A stretch of 64,000 nt of DNA from Zygnema circumcarinatum SAG 698-1b (lineage: Eukaryota > Plantae > Zygnematophyceae), in contig CM074804.1 in the NCBI GenBank assembly GCA_037447605.1, positions 2,542,001 through 2,606,000 on the forward strand, read 5' to 3'. Positions within the stretch are counted from its first letter, which is position 1; each line of letters starts with the position of its first letter. The position numbers were made by a program, and so were the translations under genes. Below, piece after piece: positions 1 to 9,669 of this stretch. The notes under the pieces were generated by a model that was given only the letters and a program-made list of their open reading frames with translations, did no database searches and had not been told where the DNA came from.

Positions 1-899
1 CGACGGATCCGCTGTCAGTTGATTTATGCGCGGCATATGCACTCTTACGTTGTGTACGGACGGCATAATCCGGGCGCCCGGCGGAGGTACGAGAGGCGCC
101 ATGGTAATTTGGCGGCCGCGGGCAACACACACCGTCCGACCAAAGAGCGTATTTCGAGCGCCAGCATGTAATACCGCCGATTGTCATTTGTTGACTGTCG
201 GAAGGCTCCGCGTAGTCGGTCGAGCCTCTCTGGAATTAGGCGGTTATTGTCGGCCCATCGCTGCGAGCACTAGGATCTACTTGTCAAGTAAGTAGATGGG
301 ATGTCGGTGAGGCTAGTTTGTCTTTTAGTGCTAGGCTTAGTATTTGTATTTCTTTGTGTGGTTTGTTGTCTTGTTCTTCTTTTACGCCTCTTAGAGCTTC
401 CCGACCTTGAGATGCTAAGTAAGAGAGAGAGAAGTTGCATAGAGAGAAAGAAAGAGTCTTCTTCATTAGCATTTTGGAGCATCCCATTGACCCGGCCAGG
501 ACAAGATTCGATTGAGAGGGCACTTTCATTGTAATGACAATCCCCGACCAATGTGGGGTGAGGATTTCAAAAACACAACCTTTATCAAAATTTGAGGTCC
601 TATTTTTTCCTTCTTGTCACTATGCCAAGCTACCATCTTGTGATATCTTGCCTTACACTCCTCCCAATGACCGATGATAACTAGAAGTCTAGCGAAGAGA
701 ATAGCCGAAGAGAGGACAGGGGAAGAGAGCCCCCAAGGAAGGGCTCTTTGCGCATCGAACATGAACATCTTCAGGATCCCTACGTCTTCCGCTGCGCGTA
801 CCTCTGAATCCCCCGGATCCTGGCTCTATGCTGCAGGCAGACCCATAGCACCAACCCAACCCTTCATCAGTTTCAGCACAGACGCGCGTGTAACGAACC

Positions 900-978
900 T
901 GCCTCCAGCAAGGTTCGATCTCAGGACCTCCCGGTATTCACCTAAGTGCTTTACCATTAAAAGGCAACCGCGGATGTA
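900..978 (-). mobile_element. tRNA-like module (possible SINE head or tRNA pseudogene)
   Basis: Minus strand reads TCCGCGGTTGCCTTTTAATGGTAAAGCAC-TTAGGTGAATACCGGG-AGGTC-CTGAGATCGAACCTTGCTGGAGGC. It has a box A-like D-arm (AATGGTAAAGC), an AGGTC variable loop and a box B-like T-arm, but the acceptor and anticodon stems do not pair properly. Confidence 0.3.
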
Positions 979-1620
979 AGTTCTCGGCCATACAACCCAT
1001 GTATAGCGTTTCGCTACAGCGCGAGTGGCCGTACAGCACCTGCAACTAGCTCAGCAGTCTCCCCTTAACCCCACTTATCTTGTGCTACAGCGTTGCGAAA
1101 TGCGTCCGTCTGGTTCACTCTGTCTGCTCGTGCTCGACCGTACATTCGTACCGCATAATACCGTATAATCGTACGACCATACGACCGTCTGACCGTACAT
1201 GTTGTAAAGGCGTTGTAAAGTAATATATATCAGCCGTTATCTAGTCGTCACAGTTGTATAATATAATATATATTATATAGTCGTAATTAATCCATCCCTA
1301 ACCAGAACCGACAAAGAAGAGTCAACCGGATAAGAAAGTACCGGAGTTCCGGTATATTCGTACACGTCATTGTCATCACGCGTCCCGTGACGGCTCAACC
1401 GTACTCGTACGGCCTGTTCAAACCACACAGTACTGTACGGTATACGGTACGGTACCGGATTTTCCGAAATGTGTCCCGGACGCGGCGGCCACCGCCGCCG
1501 TCCTCGAACCGTCGATATGAGTCCGCGCTGCATCGGACGGTGGGCGTTCTATCCGTACAGACAGGCTCTTGACTGCGAAGGACCCCGGACTGCTCGCCCA
1601 GCCTGGTCCACCGACTTTAT

Positions 1621-1656
1621 CACCGCCGTCCGATCATCTTTGATCGGACGGCGGTG
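1621..1656. other. Perfect 16-bp inverted repeat (hairpin, 4-nt loop)
   Basis: CACCGCCGTCCGATCA-TCTT-TGATCGGACGGCGGTG; the arms are exact reverse complements. Confidence 0.9.
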
Positions 1657-2179
1657 GCGGCGGGTTATGGCTGCATTTCCATGTGGACGTTTCCATGCTG
1701 CGAGCGCGCCACGAGATCGAACTGTGGCAGCTCAATCCACGCTGTTCTGACCGCTTTTGATTGGACCATTTTTGAAACGCTTAACAGCGGAGCCCCCATA
1801 GAGCGAGGGCAGTTTTCCACGACCTCATTCTGGCGGGCCCCTTCTCCAAGGTCTCACGTCCAATGGTGTTTGGCCATGTCAACATAAGTGTACACGTGGC
1901 GCGTCCCCATTGGGAGATGATCACTTAGCGACCCTGAAAGCAGCCGCTTGATGCTCCAACTTTAGGTCAAACTTTCTGCAAACGTTCTACTTTTCTTCCT
2001 TCCTTCGTCCCACATCTCCCTCAAAATTGAACTCTCCATCATAAATAATATTTCCATTATCCCGTGTTCTGCCCTTCATTCCATCATACCGCAGGCAGGT
2101 TTTAGGGTTGGAAGCGAGCAGCATCCAGGCCTGCTTCCGCTGTGAGCACTTTCAGGGCTGAAGGCGCCGCCCGGCCGCC

Positions 2180-3538
2180 ATGGTGTGCCCCATGCGCGTG
2201 CTGCTTCTCGTGGTTTCCACGGCGCTGGCGGGCTACTTCACATGGAGGGCCTGGCGCGGCGTGGAGGAGGCTCGGGAGGAGAAGCCCCTCCTTGTTGGGA
2301 CGGAGGAGAGGAAGCCCTGGAGGGAGCAGGTGGGTGCTCAGGCGTAGGTGACGCGTGCTTGGTTCTGGCAGCCATCACCTTCAGTCTCCCTTATATATCC
2401 ATCTATTTGTCTCTATCTATCCCTCCCTCCCTCCCTCCCTCCCTCCCTCCCTCCCTCCCTCCCTATTTTTCTTCTTTCGTCTACTCTCTCTCTCATTTCT
2501 GTCGTGCCACTCCCCCTCGTTTTCCTCTCCATTTTTTCCCTCCCCTCTTCACTCGTCTTTCTCCGGCTCTTCTCGTTTCTCGCCTCCCTCTCTCCTCTCT
2601 CACTCCTCATTCCTCGTTCTTCTCTCCTCCTCTCTACTTTCTCTCCTTTCTACTCTCCTTCCTTCCCTCTCCTCTTCCCCCTCGCACCCCCCTCTCTTCT
2701 CTCCACTTTCTCTTTTTTCCGTCAGTCCCCTCCCTCTACTTTCTCCCCTCGCTACACTCTCGCCTCTCTTCCTTCCGCTCCCTTGCTTCAATCCTCTCTC
2801 CCCTCGCTCCTCTCTCCGGTTTCACTATCTCCTCAGTCTTCTCCCGCTCCTTCCTCTCCTGCCCGTTCTCGCCCATTAGGTCCGTCCTTACCGATTGTTG
2901 CCATTCATCCCTTCTTCTCCTCTGTGCTATCTCTCTTTGCACTTTCTATCCGCCCTCTCTCCTCGGCCCCACTTTCTCTCTCTCCTTCTCTTTATCTCTC
3001 CAATTCCTCACTTTCTCTCTTCATCTATCCCTTCCCACCCTCCAATAATTCCCCGAACCCCCCTTATCCCGTGACCTTTAACAGTCCACACGCTTCTCTG
3101 TTTGCAAGAGATTCTCAGTTGTGCAGCTTTTGTGAACCGCCATTTGAGCGAAGGAATCGCACTCCCATAATGATTCATATCCTCCTTTTTTCTTACTGGG
3201 ACGATCCTTTTGAAGTGTTGATGATGGTCCGCAGACTCTTTGTGTTGTGTGTTTGTGTGGGTCTGTGTGTGAGGGAGAGAGTGAGAGAGAGAGAAACAAA
3301 GTGATGGCTATTGAGAAATTTGTGTTGTGCACTTCTTTTTCTGACTTCTTATCACAAATTCTGCAATCCATGTCGTTGCATATTTGTGCAGGTTTCTGGT
3401 TGGCTCCGAGCATTCCTCATCTTTATTTTCGACATGGGCTCAGGGCGCTACCTGTACAGCAAATTAGCGCCGAGCAAGAAGGGGGCGGAGGAAATAAAGG
3501 GAGAGAAGTCGCAACTAGCAGCAGTTAATCAGTCATAA
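2180..3538 (+). CDS. Conserved plant small single-pass membrane protein (annotated in land plants as methyltransferase-related), 2 exons, ~98 aa
   Basis: Exon 1 2180-2329 (MVCPMRVLLLVVSTALAGYFTWRAW...REQ|GT), exon 2 3392-3538 (VSGWLRAFLIFIFDMGSGRYLYSKL...). Phase-0 GT-AG intron. Matches the recalled family motifs MCPLR-x-L-xx-SAxLAGYF and DMASGRYLW. Confidence 0.85.
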
Positions 3539-3974
3539 GAGGGAGAAGAAGCAAATACGCAAAGCAAAGCTGGACTCGGTGCTTGAATTCGCTTAACCCT
3601 GTCCTCTATTCGACTCGCCCGAGTGTCTACTTGACTCGCAATGTCTTGTATTTCACACGTTTCGCTCTCAGAATCGGAGTTTGGAACCTCAGGAAATTAA
3701 GATTAGGAAGTTTGGACCTTACAGAAGATAAAGAATCTAGCACTGCAGATTATGTTTCTTGAGGGATTTGGGTATGGTTTTAGAGAAACCCTAAATACTG
3801 ATTATTTTTGGTGAGGAGGTCCGGCAGGAAAGAACAAAGTGAGATTCGACCGTATGTTGTTATTAGAATTGTACCGTCCACAATGAGCAAACTGTTTTTT
3901 ATTTTTCTCTCCTGTACCATATACACCTTTTTCTTTATGAATTTTTATGTCCTATTTTTTTTTTTTTAATGCTT

Positions 3975-4390
3975 TTGTGGCGTTCATGGGAGGAGGGGAG
4001 AGGCAGGAGGGGGAAGGGGGGAGGGGTGGCGGAATGCGGGAGTCGGGGAGTGGGGGAGTGGAGGAATGGAGGCGAGGGGGGCGAGGGGGGCGGTGGGAGG
4101 GGGGAGGGAGGGGTGGCGGAGTGGGGGAGTCGGGGAGTGGGGGAAGTCGGAGAGTGGGGGAGTGGGGGAATCGGGGAGTGGAGGAGTCGGGGAGTAGAGG
4201 AGTGGAGGCGAGGGGGAGGGGTGGCGGAGTGGCGGAGTGGGGGAGTCGAGGAGTGGAGTGAAGGCGATGGGGGAGGGGTGGGGGAGTGGGAGCGAGGGCG
4301 GAGGGGGGGAAGGTGGGGGAGGGGAGTGGGGGGTGAAGGGGAGGGGGAGCGGAAGGGGAGGGGGGAAAGGGAAGTGGGGGGGGGAGGCCG
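3975..4390 (+). repeat. G-rich degenerate tandem array (GGGGAGT/GGAGTC units)
   Basis: Recurrent GGGGAGTGG, GGAGTCGG and GGTGGCGGAGT units with many G3-G6 runs, between two convergent 3' ends. Confidence 0.85.
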
Positions 4391-5043
4391 GGGGGAAGGA
4401 AAGGGAAACTTCAGTTCTCTAAGAAAAGAAAGAAAAAGCCGCTGCAACCAAAACCTCGATTGCACAACAGATGATTTTCAAGGGGTGCGGGGGAAGGGGG
4501 GGCAAGTGGGGAAGGGGTGTGGAAACTCCAAATTTCTTAAAAAAATAACAAAGCAACCAGCTTTGATTGCAGAAACAGAAAAAATGATGTTTGGGAGAGG
4601 GGGGGAGGGTTGCAGCCGTCAAATGTTTAGAACACGCTTTAAAAAGGAAAAAGATTGGATGATTGAATATTATTGGCCACCTCCAATTTATGTCACAACC
4701 GCCTCCGCTCGGTATGTACACTGGACATCCTCGTCCTTATTTCCATGGGTGGGTTTTCTAGATAAACTGCCTCCTAACCTGAAAAACGGGTTTCCATCTA
4801 AATTCTGCTTTTGATCAAATTCTAAATAGAGTACAGACCTCCGCCGCAATTTGGCAGCAACTATGGCCCTAAATTACTTACAAAATTGTTCAAAACAAGC
4901 TAATTTAGCCTGTCCGTCTCGCTGCTGAACGTTACATGTGATCTCTCAGGCCCGAGAAAGACCCATTTGATTTCTATATTTAAATCCTCAGACTCTCCCA
5001 TGAGGATTAATTTGAACAACCCTTTTCTTCCTTTTTAAGATCC

Positions 5044-6156
5044 CTAGAATGAGTTAGCGCTTCTGCCCCTTAGCTGCCCTCGGCTTTTTGCCTTTGGGTT
5101 TCCGCTCCGTTTAGCAGCCCCTCCATTCGCAGCGACGGAACTCTCCTCCGGCAAGAGTTTCATCACTGGGTACGACCCCCCCCCCCGGCCACCTGTCGCC
5201 GCCTCATTGGCCGAACTCCGCCCCAAAACGACGTTGTTCTCCTGATCAACGTTTAGACCGAAGGCCTGCACGAGCCGGGCCGGCAACAAAACCGTCGTCT
5301 GCTTCCTCTCCTTCTTCGGCGCTGCCCCTGCCCCCGCTCTCTCCCTCTCTCTCTCTCCCGCTACCGCCATCCGCGAGATAAACACTCCCGTTCCATTACC
5401 ACTCTCCCTCCCTCCCTGAGCCCTCACTCCCGCACTCTCTCCCTCTCCCTGCCTCCCCTGCTTCCCCCCCTGCCGCCCAACCGCCCCTCCTGCCGCCCCA
5501 CTTCGCCGTCCTGCCCCCCCTTTCTTTCCCGCCCCCTCCGCCACCACGTGGCGCCCTCCCAGACCCTGCCCGTGGCTCAAAAGAAGCTGCTGCATGTTTT
5601 TCGGCTGCCCCTTGGCTCGGGCAGCCCCGTCCTTTTCCCTCGCCAGCTTCTGCACTTCCCCCGCGGCGGCAAAAAGGAGGTCCCACGCGGCGCCGCCCGA
5701 GGCGGCCAGTACGGACGTGGGGGAGGCGCCCGTGGAGGAGTCCGAGGAGGAGGCCCGCGAGACGCTGCTCACGGACCGGCTGCCGGCGTGGAGACGGCGG
5801 AGGTTCGGAATAGGCTCGGAGGAGAGCCCCGGAGGAGGATAGCTGTCATCCGCGATGCAGGACTGGGCCATCCATTCGGCGATTTCGGCGCCTGCGTCGG
5901 ACTCGGAATCGGAGTCGAAGGGAAGGGGGGGGGAGGGGGAGGGGGAGAGGGAGGGAGAGAAGGAAGGAGAGGGAGAGGCGAAGATGTTGGCCCTAGTGGC
6001 GTGCCAAGTGCGGGGGGAGGGGAAGGAGGAGGAGGAGGAGGAGAAGAAGGAGTTGTCCAGGGTGGGGGAGAAACCTCCAGGAAACCCGCTGCAAGGAGCG
6101 GACGAGTCCATGGCGGAGGAAATCCTCTCGTGGACGCGCGCAATTTCGAACGCCAT
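5044..6156 (-). CDS. Plant-specific uncharacterised protein (At2g39870/At3g55690-like family); 3' end uncertain
   Basis: Open frame from ATG 6156 (MAFEIARV...) containing the recalled family motifs AWDLLFAAAGEV, GTGVFISR and TTVLLPARLVQAFGLN, in the expected order. Confidence 0.75.
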   Translation of the reverse strand: MAFEIARVHERISSAMDSSAPCSGFPGGFSPTLDNSFFSSSSSSFPSPRTWHATRANIFASPSPSFSPSLSPSPSPPLPFDSDSESDAGAEIAEWMAQSCIADDSYPPPGLSSEPIPNLRRLHAGSRSVSSVSRASSSDSSTGASPTSVLAASGGAAWDLLFAAAGEVQKLAREKDGAARAKGQPKNMQQLLLSHGQGLGGRHVVAEGAGKKGGAGRRSGAAGGAVGRQGGKQGRQGEGESAGVRAQGGRESGNGTGVFISRMAVAGERERERAGAGAAPKKERKQTTVLLPARLVQAFGLNVDQENNVVLGRSSANEAATGGRGGGSYPVMKLLPEESSVAANGGAAKRSGNPKAKSRGQLRGRSANSF

Positions 6157-7751
6157 CTTTCTGTCTCTCTCACTCTCCCTTAGTCTCTCTCTCACGCTTC
6201 TCGTACTCTCTCTCTTCTCGTACTCTCGTTTTCTCGTACTCTCTCTCTCTCTTCTTGTACTCTCTCTCTCTCCTCTCGCTCTCAGTTCTCTTCAAATCCC
6301 AGGCTCTCTGTCCAGCTGCAGGGCTTCAAAGGGAGCGACAGCGGCGGTTGCAGAGAGGGCGCAAGCGCGCGCCTTTATCGGGCGGAGGGGCGGGAGGCGC
6401 CGCCCGCAGCGGAGGACACCTGGCGCCAGCAGAGGGCACCCTGGCCCCCGGGATCCCCGGCCGACCGGCCAATCACAGCGGGCCGCGTGGCGGGCGAGCC
6501 GACACCCCCGGCCGGGCGGGCATCGCGATTGTCGGCGGGCGGCCTTTAAGAGGCAGGGGGGCCCCCCTGGCAGGGGGCACGGCGGGACACGTGGCGCGCC
6601 CTCAGAGGAGGACGCGCAGGGGATGTACGGAACTGAATCGGGTGGCGCGGTTACGGACACACGTGGGAGAGCGCGCTCGGGTCGTTTTGCGTGCGGTTGA
6701 GTCCGTTGTACGGACAATGGAACGGGCAGGGGAAAAAGAGGGTGCGCGTGGGAAGGGGAGCAGGGACTGGTGGGCAGGGGCGAGATTTGTTGATGTCAGG
6801 GAGGGCGCCGGTTGGGTCAGGGGAAAATTATCGGTCCGGTCAGGACGGAAATGTCGGTGGCTTCAGGTGAAGGCGGAAATGGACGCAGCAGGGCGGGCTC
6901 GCGGATACGTGTCTTTTGTCGTTTGCGGATGCCAAAAGGGGCGGCTGACACGCGGGCGCCAAGTGGACCAGAAACGACAAAAGGTCGGGAACGGATAGAA
7001 AATTGCCAACAGGAAATAGCGGGCTGGACACCTGGGGGTGAAAAACTGCGGTTCGTTGTTTGAACCCAGGCGGCAGAAAATGGGGCTCAACGGCAGACCC
7101 TAGTTTTGGACAATTTCGGAGGCCATAAAAGGAGAATAACGCGCCACCTGGCGGGGGTTTCTTTGGGAAAAATGCGCCCAGGTGTGTCGAACTAATTTAT
7201 TTTTTCTCAGGCCAGACGATTTCAACATTTGTGCCAGCTGGAGCCCGCTCCGCCCCGTCGGTCCATTCAATAAGGTTCCTGTTCGCCAGTAACGTGGCGT
7301 CCGTACAGTAGTTCGTACAATAATTCGTACACAGAATCGGGCGGCGGGTCAATAGAAATCGGATGACGCTCGCAGATTTGGAGATTCCCGCCCAGGCGTA
7401 GTCCGTACACCGAAAAGCGACACTGTCCGGCGAGATCGTCCGTACTGTGTGCCGATAAGACAAATGTCAGATGTGGACTATCCGATACGAGGCCCAAATC
7501 GTTCACAAGTGTGCAGTTTTTCGTATTAGAAAAAACCTGCTCCGTCGTTGTCACAGTGGGAACGCGAGCGGGCGGCCATTCGGACCAGTCGGAGTCCGGC
7601 GCCGCAACAACCCGCGCGGTCAAAGTCGCTGCGCGCGGAGGTCAGCGCCGGGCAGAGGACCCGCGGCTCCATTGCAACGGCCCGCCGCCGGGCGGCGCGG
7701 GGAGGGAGGGAGGGAAGTCCTCCCGACGCCACGGGTCCATGCGGGCTGGAC

Positions 7752-9364
7752 GGGGGAGGGGGAGGGAGAGGGAGAGGGAGGGAGAGGGAGAGGGAGAGGG
7801 AGAGGGAGAGGGAGGAGAGGGAGAGGGAGAGGGAGAGGGAGAGGGAGGGAGAAGGAGAGGAGAGGAGGAGAGGAGGAGGAGAGGAGGAGGGAGAGGGAGA
7901 GGAGAGGGAGAGGGAGAGGAGAGGAGAGGAGAGGAGAGGAGAGGAGGAGAGGGAGAGGAGAGGGAGAGGAGAGGGAGAGGGAGGAGGGAGAGGAGAGGAG
8001 AGGAGAGGGAGAGGGAGAGGGAGAGGAGAGGAGAGGAGAGGGAAGGAGAGGGAGAGGGAGAGGGAGAGGAGAGGGAGAGGGAGAGGAGTAGAGGGGAGAG
8101 GGAGAGGGTAGAGGGAGAGGGAGAAGGGAGAGTGTGAGAGGAGAGGGAGAGTGGGAGGAGGAGAGGAGAGGGAGAGGGAGAGTAGCAGGGAGAGGGAGAG
8201 GAGAGGGAGAGGGAGAGGGAGAGGAGAGGGAGAGGGAGGAGACAGGAGGGAGAGGGAGAGGGAGAGGGAGAGGAGAGGGAGGAGGGAGAGGGAGAGGGAG
8301 GAGGGAGAGGGAGAGGAAAGAGGGAGAGGGAGAGGATGAGGAGAGGGAGGAGGAAAGTGAGAGGAGAGGGAGAGGAGAGGAGGAGAGAGGAGAGGAGAGG
8401 AGAGGGAGGGAGAGGGAGAGGGAGAGGGAGGGAGAGGGAGAGGGAGAGTAAAGGGTGAGGCAGAGGCAGAGGCAGAGGCAGAGGTGAGGGAGGCAGAGGC
8501 AGAGGGAGAGGGAGAGGAGGAGGGAGAGGGAGAGGGAGGAGGGAGGAGGGAGAGGGAGGTGAGGAAGAGGTGGGAGGCAGAGGCAGAGGCAGAGGCAGAG
8601 GCAGGCAGAGGCAGAGGCAGAGGGGCAGGAGGCAGGAGTGCAGAGGCAGAGAGGCAGAGGGAGAGGCAGAGTAGAGGCAGAGGCAGAGGCAGAGGCAGAG
8701 GCAGAGGCAGAGGCAGAGGCAGAGGCAGAGGCAGAGGCAGAGGCAGAGGCAGAGGCAGAGGCAGACGAGAGGCAGACGAGAGGCAGAGGGAGAGGCAAAG
8801 GAGAGGCAGAGGGAGAGGCAGAGGGAGAGGGAGAGGCAGAGGGAGAGGCAGAGGGCGAGGCAGAGGAGAGGCAGAGGCAGAGGCAGAGGCAGAGGCAGAG
8901 GCAGAGGCAGAGGCAGAGGCAGAGGCAGAGGCAGAGGCAGAGGCAGAGGAGAGGCAGAGGGAGAGGCAGAGGAGAGGCAGAGGAGAGGCAGAGAGGGAGA
9001 GGCAGAGGGAGAGGCAGAGGGAGAGGCAGAGGAGAGGCAGAGGCAGAGGCAGAGGCAGAGGAGAGGCGGAGGAGTGGCAGAGGAGAGGCAGAGGCAGAGG
9101 CAGAGGGAGAGGCAGAGGGAGAGGCAGAGGGCAGAGGCAGAGGCAGAGGCAGAGGCAGAGGCAGAGGGAGAGGCAGAGGCAGAGGCAGAGGGAGAGAGGC
9201 AGAGGCAGAGGCAGAGAGAAGGCAGAGGGAGAGGCAGAGGGAGAGGCAGAGGGAGAGGCAGAGGGAGAGGCAGAGGGAGAGGCAGAGGGAGAGGCAGAGG
9301 GAGAGGCAGAGGGAGAGGCAGAGGGAGAGGCAGAGGGAGAGGCAGAGGGAGCGGGAGCGGGAGC
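7752..9364 (+). repeat. ~1.6-kb purine-rich hexamer array (GAGAGG grading into GAGGCA and GAGGCAGAGGGA)
   Basis: Directly visible. It accounts for the overlapping (RG)n, (EA)n, (RQ)n and (SA)n ORFs in the track. Confidence 0.95.
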
Positions 9365-9669
9365 GGCCTCTACTGCATATACAAAGCCAAGTTGTTCCGT
9401 CTGCAGTTTAACGCCACTTCACCAGTCATACACTGTTTTATGTTGCTTGTTACGTCGATCTAAACAAATCAATGTCATGTTCGCAATCTCATCATTTTGT
9501 TGGACGTGATTACTACATGTGAACAATTCCAATATGGAGAGCGTGAAGCATCAATCCCGCAAATAAACTGAGAATCACTCGCCCAAGATATAAGCTCGTT
9601 ATTTTGTTCCAATGCCATCATCCCTAGAGTGCGGAGGAAACAAGCTTCTTCCGAAAGCTTCTAGAAGCT

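Noticed and set aside
526-768. RALPWGLSSP resembling a reverse transcriptase LPFGLSSAP motif; alternatively a Gypsy integrase tail
   Set aside because: The position expected for YxDD reads YHKM, the frame has upstream stops, and the two readings conflict. Too weak to call.
2008-2050. GTCCCACATCT plus ATAAATA resembling a plant snRNA USE-TATA promoter
   Set aside because: No recognisable snRNA follows; the region is better explained as the promoter of the small gene at 2180.
3115-3200. LCSFCEPPFERRNRTPIMI resembling a RING-finger start
   Set aside because: It lies inside the small gene's intron and lacks the remaining Cys/His ligands.
3667-3762. LRIGVWNLRKL resembling a LINE APE-endonuclease N-terminus
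   Set aside because: A stop follows within ~30 codons with no QE or GDFN motifs.
7471-9509. Long RG/EA/RQ/SP-rich ORFs in the track (and similar ones at 2185-3304, 3935-4814, 50182-51023, 54048-55959)
   Set aside because: They are translations of GA/CT simple repeats that are stop-free by composition.
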